Assembly (NCBI GenBank): GCA_903813345.2
Contig: CAIIXF020000001.1
Location: forward strand, 17,608,001 to 17,672,000
Reading direction: 5' to 3'
Source: Owenia fusiformis
Taxonomy: Eukaryota
DNA length: 64,000 nucleotides
Both the position numbers and the translations under genes were made by a program. The notes beneath the pieces are model-generated. The model was not told the origin of the DNA. It searched no databases and saw nothing but the letters and a program-made list of their open reading frames with translations. Each line of letters opens with the position of its first letter. Position 1 is the stretch's first letter. Below are positions 11,001-22,133 of the stretch, piece by piece.

Positions 11001-13710
11001 TCCAGTCTATATTGTAATTGGGGAGCAAAATAAGATTCTCACTTGTATCTAATGAGAAGCGTATGGATGGGGTTGGGGTGTTAAATTCAGGAGCACGATG
11101 TTTAAAGTGTCCGTTTACCCTAGAAACGAATTTGCATTGGATCTAAAACAGCCCTTATGTGTTTTTTATTCTATTTGAAAATTTTAAATCTTACGTGAAA
11201 CAATTTAAGGCAACAGATAATGACAACTTTTATTGATTACTTATTTTGGGTTTCGTTATTTGATCTAAAGATTTCTGAATGTCGGAATGTCTAGTGATGT
11301 ATGTCTGTTGAAAGAAGATGCACCAAAATAGTACTTATGTTTGCTAAACTATAGATCATATGACCCACCTACCCGTTTCTGTTTACGTTTATCTGTCAAT
11401 GCGGCTGTGCCTATATCTACCAGTTTCTTAAATATTCGCTTCAGTGTAGAATTTTGGAAATTTTTCCAGTCGAAAGATGATGACCGTCTAAAATTCCCTA
11501 AATTAAAAGCTGATCTGGATAAGATGGCTTCTTGCTGAGAAAACAATAAGAAAAGGCAATTAGTAACTCATTTTATATATTGTATCAGTGTAGTATTTAG
11601 ACACTGCAGGGTTCTGTTTCGAGTTCACCATCTCTTCATGTGGAATTTGTGATTCCTTCAGCAGAGTTCAGTAGTTCGCGTTTCAAAATACAAGTATCTC
11701 AAGGCAGCGCCCTACGACGAGAAAAATGATTAGTTAGTGGTAATGGTGTGTCAAATCTGGATCAGTTACTCACCTTTGTCAACCTGTCTTCGGGCAGAGA
11801 GGCCGATCCTATGTCAGAGGCCTTTTTGAAAATTCTCTTCAGAGTTTCATTTTGAAATGCAGTCCAGTTGAACCTCGATGCATTTGCAGCTACCTCCTTT
11901 TCAAATGCTGCCTCCACCAGTTTAGCTTCTACCTGTTCGATTTTACATAAAATACAATTCATGAAATACATTGTTATGAGTTGTTATGAGGAAGCAAGTT
12001 GAGTATGGAGAGGGCCATGGGGCAGCAAATACCATACCAAACACCAAGGGTATTCTAGGACTGTTGCACAGTCAGCAATATCTATCTCCTATATACCTTT
12101 AATTTGTTAGACACATTTTCACGATTAGTTTCGGTTACAGATGTCCACAAAGCACAAAATCGTAATAAAAGGTTAAACTATACTTCAAGTGACTTGAATA
12201 TTGTAGAAAACAGTTAATATAAAGTTTGCATTCTTCAACCCAATTCGCTGTGCTTAGCAACATCTCGTGAAATCTCGCATTTGCTGTCAAGTAATTGACA
12301 AAATGAAGTAATCCATTACTGTTGCAAATTCACGAACGACTCAGAAAATAACGTATAATCAGATGTCACGTTTTGATCGTATGGAGAACTAAAGAACTTA
12401 TCAAAATTGGTTGGTAGACTTTCGTCTAGAAACAACATTACCAAAAAAGGTTGATCTGATATGAATACAACCTACCACTCTACACTAAACCTTTGCAAAG
12501 AAAAGACCTGCCGAAATTAAAACTCGTTATTTCTAAATGAGTTATCTGTTCAAATAGAAAAGTTAATGGAGTTATGTCGGCACAGAACGCACAGAACGCC
12601 AGTGCGTTAACTATTGTTAAGAATTCAAATAAATAATTTCTCAAAAAATTTGTTTTCTTATGGCAACATACAATTATGTGTGAGGTCAATTCCAATAAAT
12701 CGAAAAAAGATTATGTGGCTACTAGGTCTATACTTTGAACATATAATAGTTTCTATTTAGATGCATTCATAATCTACGGGTGGTTTTCAATTCACTTACT
12801 GGTGCCAACTTTATGACGAGTACTTAGTTCCTATTACTGTTATGTTATGATAACTACACATTGCTAAGATGCTATGGATGCCAGTTGGTTTATGTTGAAG
12901 GTGATTAATATGTGTTAGGCTGTCAACACCATGCCACCAGGCTCCGTTTTGAAAGCAATGCTGTCTTAGTATGTATATATAACACAAACACTACACAAGA
13001 AATGTACACAATTTTTTTTTATTATTTCAAGTCCAACAGATGATGAAAGTTCAAATAAAAAAATCTCATGTTGTTTCTCAGGTCTCGATAGTGTGGTGAC
13101 CATGTCCATAGAAGATCTGTAACACAAATGAATGATTTAACTTCAAACAAGATATTGGTTGTTGGAATTACATCTTCAATTTTGTTATTTTCATAGCATT
13201 CCCCTCAGAGCAGTTAGTGTGGGAATATAAAGATCTGACATCAAGACATTTTGCGCACAACACAAAGAAATGCTTCGATTGGATAGCGAGGATAGTGGAC
13301 ATATCAAAATTGTATCTGTGCATTAAGCTGTAGAGGTGTATTTGTTTTTCTAAGTTTCCGGTATTATTTATTTGACCATCTCATCAATGAGGACAATTCC
13401 TAGAGGACCATATGTAGATTGACAATTACTAGGCCCCCATATAGCTATGGAGTCTGCTAATAATTTATAGGGTAACCCCACCATGGTCACTGCAGAGCAT
13501 GCAGAAGCGATTACTTACCGACAGTTGTGAGTTATGATCCGTTAGGTTTGTGTTGTAATTCCAAGACGCCTGAATCGATTTAAAATAGACTTCCTGAGAC
13601 TCATCATTCACTCTATTCACGAAAGCCCATGCTTCATTTTCATCAGTTATTAACTGACAATCTGTGCTTGCAAAAGCGACAACAACCATCAGCAACCCTA
13701 TGGAAGACAT
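1929..13710 (-). CDS. ACE: Angiotensin-converting enzyme-like zinc metallopeptidase (family M2), multi-exon, 5' part only; 3' exons lie left of the window
   Basis: Exons join with consistent phases: 13710-13519, [11932-11774 or 11534-11373], [10124-10037 or 7087-7000], 6660-6517, 5804-5613, 4642-4542, 4179-4007, 3322-3198, 2668-2570, 2290-2146, 2027-1929. Motifs: signal peptide, [66 protein letters not shown]...PYIR. Confidence 0.96.
2146..2290 (-). CDS. ACE: ACE exon 10 (145 nt)
   Basis: (E)[47 protein letters not shown](R); tttAG / GTACTT. Confidence 0.95.
2570..2668 (-). CDS. ACE: ACE exon 9 (99 nt) with the third zinc ligand Glu
   Basis: (G)[32 protein letters not shown](E); ctatAG / GTAAAC. 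Confidence 0.95.
2761..3000 (-). repeat. Degenerate local tandem duplications of the intron 8 / exon 9 junction
   Basis: 2761-~2860 resembles 2642-~2750 (GFHETVGDI vs GFHEAVGDV plus the flank agaaaagttatgaa..ttgactgtttaaaattacataa). A third intron-only copy lies at ~2906-3000. Confidence 0.8.
3198..3322 (-). CDS. ACE: ACE exon 8 (125 nt) with the HEXXH zinc motif
   Basis: (R)[41 protein letters not shown](G); ttcAG / GTAAAA. Confidence 0.95.
4007..4179 (-). CDS. ACE: ACE exon 7 (173 nt)
   Basis: [20 protein letters not shown]...[20 protein letters not shown](R); tacAG / GTGAGA. Confidence 0.95.
4542..4642 (-). CDS. ACE: ACE exon 6 (101 nt)
   Basis: (G)[33 protein letters not shown]; ttatAG / GTTGGT. 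Confidence 0.94.
4773..5200 (+). pseudogene. Degenerate Tx1/L1-like reverse transcriptase fragment, antisense in ACE intron 5
   Basis: [11 protein letters not shown] (RT GxRQGCPLS motif), then after a frameshift [13 protein letters not shown]...[21 protein letters not shown], resembling QFADD..L...F...SGL.IN..KT. The right boundary is approximate. Confidence 0.7.
5613..5804 (-). CDS. ACE: ACE exon 5 (192 nt)
   Basis: (G)[17 protein letters not shown]...[20 protein letters not shown]...IPAHLL(G); ttatAG / GTGAGT. Confidence 0.95.
5986..6502. mobile_element. Foldback MITE, Transib-like (CAC...GTG ends, imperfect 5-bp TSD)
   Basis: Ends CACTGTTCCACAACTAGTTACTTTGACGGAACGTCAATGTAACAAAATGGATG are exact inverted copies; the whole element is roughly palindromic; flanks AAAGT / ATAGT. 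Confidence 0.85.
6517..6660 (-). CDS. ACE: ACE exon 4 (144 nt)
   Basis: (G)[47 protein letters not shown](G); tttttAG / GTACGT. Confidence 0.95.
7000..7087 (-). CDS. ACE: ACE exon 3b (88 nt, phase 0-1), paralog of 3a
   Basis: ttttgctgtttAG|[29 protein letters not shown]+G|GTACGA; same length and phases as 3a, both cysteines kept. Confidence 0.88.
7555..8907. mobile_element. Long-TIR non-autonomous DNA transposon, Transib-like (CAC...GTG, TSD TGAAT)
   Basis: CACGCCT(A/T)ACCATCGCGTAAGCAGGCGTCACCGTACAGCGTCAAAAAATA at both ends, inverted. Arms span ~7555-8025 and ~8570-8907, the right arm lacking ~135 bp. TGAAT at 7550-7554 and 8908-8912. Repeated GCGTCACCGTACAG motif. Confidence 0.92.
10037..10124 (-). 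CDS. ACE: ACE exon 3a (88 nt, phase 0-1), alternative copy
   Basis: ccttaa[31 protein letters not shown]+G|GTAGAT; ACE-type IY..A..C....C..LEP motif; not in the ORF track. Confidence 0.88.
11373..11534 (-). CDS. ACE: ACE exon 2b (162 nt, phase 0-0), paralog of 2a
   Basis: ttttctc[62 protein letters not shown]; shares [18 protein letters not shown] with 2a; TACTAAT branch-like site upstream. Confidence 0.88.
11774..11932 (-). CDS. ACE: ACE exon 2a (159 nt, phase 0-0), alternative copy
   Basis: aac[61 protein letters not shown]. Confidence 0.92.
13519..13710 (-). CDS. ACE: ACE coding exon 1 (192 nt): signal peptide and first helix
   Basis: [20 protein letters not shown]...[17 protein letters not shown]; donor TCG|GTAAGT, phase 0. 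Confidence 0.92.
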
Positions 13711-16178
13711 GTTTAAAGATGCCTCTCTCTTGGTTACTTCTCAAACCTTCCAATCATCCGATGCATGTGCTCGTCTGTCCTTTAAGATTTTGTCAATACC
13801 GATTAATCCGTTAACTGGCAAACAAACACGTCCCTGGTCCTCACGTTGACAACTGTTAAATCAAAGTTTAAAGAGGTTTGTCGCCTCCTCCTTGAATTTA
13901 CATTGGATTGGGGTTGTAAAATTTATAAATAAATTTGAACAATCACAATGACCAAGTGGCTTAAGGAAATATAGAGGTAATTCACGCCGTTTATATTTGG
14001 CTCCAATGCCGTCACATTCTCCAAATTTCAAGTTGGAATTCAATAATGTTATCGGGGATATGTTAGTCCTCGCATGCAGCATTTATCTATTCGCGTACCT
14101 TGTTGTAGAATAGTTCAGATGTTTCGATGCAGATCTAGAGTTTATCGGTCGTAATCCGATCGTGCCTCAAAAACGTTAAAAGGCGCATAACTTACTGATA
14201 GCGCTGATAGTTACGAAGTAACTTATATACCAAAAATATGCTTGGATTGTGTGCTCCCTTTCTCAAGCATTATACATGTCTGCATGTGAATAATGCGCAA
14301 CCCGATCATCTACAGATTCAGATACGCAGTCAAATAGACCGGTACTATACTAGTTACAGTCTCCTTATACAACTAGTACACTCTACTCGTCGAATGATAA
14401 GATGATCTGATTTTTAATCATATTCAAAATGTTACTAAAGATGTTTAATGGCTTCTCGTCATTCTTAGTTATCAAATGTGTCTTTCAAATAATTAATGAT
14501 TAATGATTTTCTTTTTTTTGGCTGTTATAAAACATAAATCCTCATCAATCGCAACAGAACAGACACACTTTTTGGATACTACTCGTTACGTTTGAGTAGA
14601 AACAGATGATTTTGTTTGGATACTGCATACTTATTTGTTGATTGATCTATGCGTGATGGAATCCACATGTTAAATATCATGCTGTTTATGTAGCTGGATT
14701 ACTCCCCGTCAGGTCTAGGTAGTAGTGGTAAGTCTTGGCTTCCAACGACTTCTTCTTGTACCTATATTTCAAATGCGTAAAAATGACTTGCCATTTTTAC
14801 GATTATCGACTTTTAAAATCTTTAAAGTCATAAAATTAATGTCCGACCTACCGCTGGAACAATTAAATTTCGTTAACGGGGGGGGGGGGGGCAATTTAGC
14901 TCATATATGGAGGCGAACACCACTGTTGAAGTTTAATTTCATCAGCAACTGATAAACAACATGTTTTGATCGAAAGCGTGGATTTTCCTTTTCATATCTT
15001 ACCACCAAGTAACGATTCTTATGAACAAAGTGCTAAATGCGTCCGATGCGTTCGTCCCATCGTTTGAGGGACAGACATAGAGTCTAGGGAGGTAGAATAA
15101 GTCGATTTTTCACCTTAGTTACTTCAATTATTCTAAGATGGTTGAAATGTTATTTTGTTCACTTCAGTTCATTTAACCTTAGCTTGTCAGACATTATTAA
15201 TTTGAAATACGGTTATTTATGGATAATTGAAAAAAGAGTTGGCGCTTCATAATTTAATTCAGATGTGTTACGCCATCTTTTTGTGGAAAAGTCGATATAA
15301 CCTACGTAAACATAGGCGATTTGTTACGCCATCTTTTATGGCATAGTTGATCCAACTGATCCAAAGCAAGTACAGCAAACTTTCACTACGTATATTCCGA
15401 TTTTGGACTACCAAATATGTCTTATAGTGTATTCGAACATGACTGTATTCACGCCTTCTATAAACTATGAACAAAGTCAATGCTTTAGCTGGGTTATATT
15501 CGAGATCAATGCCCAAGCTCTGTACTAGTGTTTCGTTCAGTGCACTCAATGGTCAGTTCAGGCTGTTTCGTTCTTTTCGCAAAATTTAATTTTTATATGG
15601 ATATCCGCTTTGTTTCTGAGCAATATAGAATTAATTTCAAAAATTATCAATATAGTATATATTAGCACAAATGCCAAAAGGGAAGGGTGACTAAAAACTT
15701 TAAGGAAACCCAACAATGAAGAAAAGCAAACTGTAAATGTAAATCTGTCATAAGAAAAGTAGACCCTATTATCCCAAAACCATGATCTAACGTGAAAAGA
15801 AACAATGTCTAACATCCCCCTCCACCTCCAATCGAGAACCAATATCACAATCCAGGACCAAAACACCAAGGGACATTTCATTCATACTGAAGTCATTACA
15901 ATACATGTTGAAGAAAAATTGACAAATCGATAGCCAATACTCATAACATCAAAAATAGTTGTAGATACTAGTACTCATAAAAGATAGAGTATTCAGTCTC
16001 AAATAATGTGGGGTAGATAAAATCCAGTCTCTAAGTCCATAGGCAATTCAAAGGGTCAACATCCGTTCGCAAAGTCATCATCATAATCCATAAAACACAA
16101 CAATTCACAATGGTCATCAGGAGAAAAATATGGCTGGTAGATATGCGTGAAACCAATAAAACAGGCCGAAATGTCAAT

Positions 16179-17594
16179 GACGTGTCGCAAAAAGGTCGCG
16201 CACGCATTGTTACACATTTCGCTTTTTAACACCACAGAATGTGACGTTTTTTGAGAAAAATGTACACATATAGAAATCCTTTCGTCCTCCACATTTGTCT
16301 CTATATCTCAAAATATTTAAGGCGAATAACTCTGATATTGTATATTATCCAATGGTTACAAGGATATATATCGAATATCAAGTGAAGATATATTTGATAT
16401 GTGGATCAAGATATCATATTTTAGCAAAAAATCCCCAAACCATCGAATATCACTTCTCAAACCATCGAATATCACTTCTCAAAAGTGATATTCGATGGTT
16501 TCAAAAGTGATATTCGATGGTTTAGATTTTTTCAATAATTTTTTGTCAAATTTGTTAAAAATTTTTTTAGATTTTTTCCTTCAAAATTTTTGAAACCTTC
16601 AAAATCTTTTTTCAAAAATGTTTTCCTTCAAATTTTTTTTTCAAAAACTTTTTTCGAAATCTTTTTAAAAAAAAGTTTACCATTTTTTGGCTGGGTTAAG
16701 ATTTCCCATGGGATAAACGGACAATCCTATGGTTTTTCAGAAATATCAATTATATCCACTCATGGATATCAATATCTTCACTCATTCGCTGCGCTCACTC
16801 GTAAAGATATCAATATCCACTCATGGATATAAATGATATTTTTTCAAAACCATAGGATATTCCTATAATATGTATTAACAATGGGATAGGAGCATCATGA
16901 AACACGAATCAATTGATATTTTAGGTGAAATAAATGTACGTGTTGCTGTGCTTGAAAATAGGCGAATGGCGTAAATTAGCCCTATTTTAATGAATTTTGA
17001 AAACCTTTCGTCCTCCACTTTTCCACATACAACAGAAAACACATAAGCCTACGTTTGCGAACAAAATGAACTATTTATTAATAAACTAGAGTTTAAGAGC
17101 AAAATAATCATGTATGATTTATTAAAAATTGATCTCGTATTTTTTGTTTAATGTACACCTGAAAAGTTGAAGGTAACAAAAAATGAGCAAAAAAGGTCGC
17201 TGTCAACAGATTCTATTTTTCAAACTCTATGACGTCACAATATGGGACGCTTACTAAAATTCATCCTTTGAAATAAAACTTCCATCTACCTTTATCAAGA
17301 CGAAAAATAAGTATAATGGTCATATATTGTTTGAGTTATGAGCGTTTAAAGACGAAAAATAATTCAAAATGTAACGTGTCAACAGGGGATATTTGCCAGA
17401 TGTTTTCGTAAAATCTTTTAAAAAAGAACGCGCAAGAATCGTGAACAGAGTGTAGTTGATCTAAAAACTTCATCGAAACAGCTTTAAAATGATATATAAC
17501 TTTAATTAGAATAGTATCTTATAATCCGGGGAATCAAAGTTACATTCACGCGATAACCTTAAAAATCAAATGCGCCACCTTTTTGCGACACGTC
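16179..17594. mobile_element. Non-autonomous TIR element (GAC...GTC, possible 3-bp TSD AAT) with internal hairpin/repeat block
   Basis: GACGTGTCGCAAAAAGGTCGCGCA at 16179 and its near-exact inverse ending at 17594; AAT on both flanks. Inside: two direct plus two inverted 22-mers (16437-16523) and a hairpin at 16724-16858. Confidence 0.7.
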
Positions 17595-18117
17595 AATAAA
17601 AAAGTCGAGGTTAGGAGGTAAGTCAACAAATTGGAACAGCCAAACGCTCAACCGGAAGTAGAAATGAAAAAGTGGAAATGAACATCGAAATTGACGATTT
17701 TGCAATAGTTCTGGCGAGTTTTCATGTTCGAATCGTAATATTAGACCTCAGTTTTCTGTACCCCGAACGAACGAAGGTCTATATTTCTTAATAGTCAATG
17801 ATGTAATTATAACTAATATAGACTAATGCTAACCGTTAGACTGGAGCAATAAATTTTTTTTAAATGAACAGTGTTTGATAAGTTATACAACCCACTGTGA
17901 ATGTGAGGTCCACTTTGATCTTATTTTTCAGTTGAAACTGTATAAAATATTCTCGATGTCAAAGAGTTGATGATATTTTCACTTATTTACTATCTATTAG
18001 AAAGAAATCTTCAAATACAAAAAATATTTAAAAAATGACCCCTGCGTAATCTACCCTGCGTGCAGAGTCTAGTTAAACTACACTCTGCCTAGTAGAGACC
18101 ATATTACAGTTTAGTAG

Positions 18118-18351
18118 CCCCGCCCCCACGACGGGTACCGGTGACAGTTTGGGTAATAAATCACTTCTGACCTACGCGCTGACCTTTCTTCCACCAATCA
18201 GCGAGCTTGAAGAAACATACGCTAAATGCGTTCTAATTAAATATGCGCATGTCATTGGTCAATTCCGGGCTCAACGATGACGTCAGAAGGAATGACCATA
18301 TATAGAACGTCGGTCAAATTTGGCCGACGAACACTGATTGGCGCGGTGAGT
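18118..18351 (+). promoter_or_regulatory. Putative Pol II promoter cluster
   Basis: GC box 18118-18127, CCAAT/ATTGG at 18194, 18254 and 18337, TGCGCATG 18244, CRE TGACGTCA 18278-18285, CArG/TATA-like CCATATATAG 18296-18305. Motif-only evidence. Confidence 0.45.
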
Positions 18352-19722
18352 TCACAGGTTTATTTTAGTTTGAAAGAGTGAAGACGAAGCTCTCTTTTAA
18401 GAAGTGAAGTCAAACGAATGCAAAGGGTATGCGTAATCCCAAATAAATGAGAAACCGTAATGTTGTGTGATGCTCAACAAGCAATACTATGTTCAGTGAT
18501 ATTAAATCTACCAATACAATATATTTAAAACAGTGCTGCTTTAACAGGAGGAAGTTATTAAACTTTTGTCAATTCCTTTAGTACAGGGTGTTTCATAATG
18601 TTCATCTACAAAGTCAATTTGAGATAAGATAGACTTATAATGTATTAATCAAATAAGAATTCCTATTTCATTTTAGACCAAGAGATCTCACACGTATGAT
18701 AATAAATACAGTTTAAAAGTTACAAATGGTTTGCATTTGAACGTTATTTGACATCCGACATCTGGAGATTTTTGACGAATAGCCTTTGTTATGTAACACC
18801 CTGTTTTTATACAGATGTACACGTTTACGTACAAGTTGACCAAATTACTTAATATATCGAAAGCTCTTTATTTCCAAACGAATGTTCGACTTATATACTT
18901 TTGATGTATGATGTGTATATATATTTCTATTTTGAATTTGGTTATTCACTTTCATCTGCTTATTTGCTCTCCCCAAAGCGAGGAATTTAGGATTTATGAC
19001 TTACAATTCTTATTTTTAGAAAGGTTTGACATCCATCTTTACTCAAAAGCGTACGCTATCTGGCGAACAAAGTACACTGGTTAATTGCGGATACAGGGAA
19101 TATCTAGACCTAATTCAATCACAGCAGCTCTAGATATAACGTATAGTTTCTCAACTTAAATTTCCACATCTCGAACTTTTTGAGACATCAAATTAATATA
19201 CAATTATTCTAGCCATGGAGTTACGAATCCTTTCTTTGGTGAAACAATGGCCGAATCATTTTCTAATTATTTAGATCAAATATATGCTTGGTAATTGAAA
19301 GAACCCATTATGCATACATCAAATAAAAACACATGTGGAGAGTTTGAATTTCTTTCAATTAATTAACGATGACCTTTAATCAAACAACTGGGACTACTAA
19401 GGGTCTTGGATCTAAATGTTGAAAGATCTCATACTTTTATCCATAGCAAGACTTGAAATCATGTACACTTACTTCCCCCTCGAGTAGCCCCTGTTTACCG
19501 GTTGGAGGCGAGGGCTCGACGAAAGGTTAAATATGACGGTCTAGTGCTAAGGACAGAATGAGAATATATATATTTAAACAAACGGACTAGCAGTACTGGT
19601 CAAACACACTTGAATATTGTGCGATATTGAAGGGGTCATCTAGAGACAAATACGGATGATTGAAATCAAATCATCTGTCGTACAAACATCAAACGGTCTA
19701 ACTTAATTTCTATAGTTAGGAT

Positions 19723-20359
19723 ATGAGTCTAAAAACTAAGAAAGAAAGGAAGAAACAATTGCAAACAGAGCAATCTCAATCAGCGTTACCATTGATACTG
19801 GTACAGAACGTGAATAAGATGAGTATACCAAATTCCCAGGCTTTGGACACGCCAGTGACTGAGGCGCCGTATATGAGCCTCTTCCGCTCTAGCTCGAGTT
19901 ATTCCACCTCAACATCTACTAAAAATAAAGTTACGAAATCATTCTCGTCCAACCCAACCAAAGTGTCTGTAAAACATAGCGTTAAGGCCGTCAAATCGAC
20001 CCCGGGTTGTTTCGACACAACATACTTGAGTCGGTCTACAAACAACAAACCACTATCAAACAGCAAGGACCCGTCATTCGAAAGTCAGTTAGTATCACGA
20101 ACTGATGCGTTTTATTTGGATTCTGATACATCCCAAACTTCCATTGAAATAGGGATAGAAGTGTCGCAAAGCACCTTGGAGACTTCTCTTTCAGATACCA
20201 CAGACTGGGACGATGATTGGTCACACACAGTGGTTAGTAGCACTAAATCTTCCGACATAAGACGAGGCTCTGAGAACAGTGTATTGAAAAAAGCGAAGAA
20301 AAGAGAGCGAGTTTCATCTCTAGGGACATCTTCTTTAACATCGACTAATAATGCAAAAG
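19723..20359 (+). CDS. Putative exon of an uncharacterised Ser/Thr/Lys-rich disordered protein
   Basis: 214-aa ORF in AT-rich DNA; upstream CTAAC..tttctatAG acceptor at ~19715; ends AAA G|GTAATT (phase 1). Confidence 0.55.
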
Positions 20360-21456
20360 GTAATTGACTCCATGACACAGTAAAAATATGAATTGAAATG
20401 TATTTCAGTGAAAAATTTGAAGTGTCAGAAATGGCTCATAATATATTCAACGTTTTTTTAATTTAATATATTCTAGATACTCAAAATAATGTTTAAAACA
20501 TCAAACAAACAAAAATGTATCAATGAAAAAAATCAAAGCAAATGTTGAGAACTTTTTCATCTTGAGTTTTGGTGTTTGGTGTTTAGTTTTTGCTTCTTGA
20601 AATTGATTGAAACATTGATGAGACGTGTAATTGCTCAATTCTGAAGACTGATTCTTAGAAAATTACTTAAATTACTAAAATTGACATTAAAGTGCATTAC
20701 AAAAAGTGCAATACAAAAAGTGCAATATTTAACAAGAAATATGAATCATCAAACAAAGAATCGACATTGAATTGAAAAGTGAAAATCCAAACGAGAAAAA
20801 TTAAACGTCAATCAAAAATTTGAAAATTATCGAAAAAGACGCTAAAAATATATTTCCTCTAATTGAAAATTAAATTTAATTTATGGTGTCAAAATTTAAT
20901 TGGACAAGTAATTGACAAGCTTTTATTGATATGTCACTGTAAATCAGCAAAACTGTTATTCAGCAAAACACTATTCTACATCGATGACGTCATAAATGTG
21001 ACCATACATGTGACTATCAACGTGACCATCAACACTGGCAACTAGCCAGTTTTTGCTTAACTATTTCAGCAAATTGTGCATAGTAAATTGTTATCTGAGG
21101 CATTTATGACCGCCAAGTTGTTTCTGGATCTCCAGTTACATAGGGCAACTCTAAATGCTGCATAGGATGACAATACATGCTTTGTGTAATATAATTTGTG
21201 ATTGTACATTTGAAACACTTGCACCCTCATATTATTAACCAGCTCCAAATTTTATGATAATGAAAAATGTATTTTAACTCTACAGATAAAGTGAATTTTA
21301 ATGTGCTCTGACCAGCTTTAATTTAAGTTAAGGGGCATGAAGTTTTATTTCTACCATTAATGATTAGTATTTAGCAAATTGTGCACAGTGAATTTTTATC
21401 TGAGGCATTTATGACCGCCAAGTTGTTTCTGGATCTCCAGTTACATAGGGCAACCC

Positions 21457-22054
21457 TTACTTCCTGCGAAAGCTATTTGGATTTTGATATAATAGCTTTC
21501 CCACGGAGCATTTGGACAGCTCAGTGATCGTGACCTTTGAAATCGAATTAAGTAGATCCGCGGCTTACTTTTGGTCTCTAACTGTGTCTTACATCAGTAT
21601 CATCAATCCGTGTAAGTATTGGAGCGCTGGAGTACTTCTTTTTCGATCAAGACTTGTAATTGTTAGGTCGAGTGAATCGTTTTACTGCCAAATTCCAATA
21701 TGGCGGTTTCTGCTCGGACATTTTCGTAAATCTCCGGAGGTTGTCCGAACCTAACTAATTCTCAAAATTCATTTCGTTCGTTGCGTATCTCGCACCTAGC
21801 AAACCGCCATATTGGAAATAGGTCTGTAAAACTTTAACTCGATGAACAATTTACAAGTCTTGATCGAAAAAGAAGTACTCCAGCGCTCCAATACTTACAC
21901 GGATTGATGATACTGATGTAAGACACAGTTAGAGACCAAAAGTAAGCCGCGGATCGACTTAATTCAGTTTCAAAGGTCACTATTGATCAGCTGTTCACTT
22001 CTCCGTTTGAGAGCCATAAGTTTCAAAATCTAACATGGCTCTCGAAGTGAGTAA
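21457..22054. mobile_element. Foldback MITE with 8-bp TSD GGCAACCC (hAT-like by TSD length)
   Basis: TTAC...GTAA ends; GGCAACCC at 21449-21456 and 22055-22062; the empty site is visible in the sister copy (tagggcaactctaaatgc, ~21141); long inverted arms. Confidence 0.85.
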
Positions 22055-22133
22055 GGCAACCCTAAATGCAGCATAGGATAACAATGATACTTTATATAAT
22101 TTGTGATTATTTTGAGATACTTACACCCTTATA

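Noticed and set aside
19470-19546. GC-rich hairpin followed by CTAG as a Helitron 3' end
   Set aside because: The stem is imperfect and no matching 5' TC end or second copy was found.
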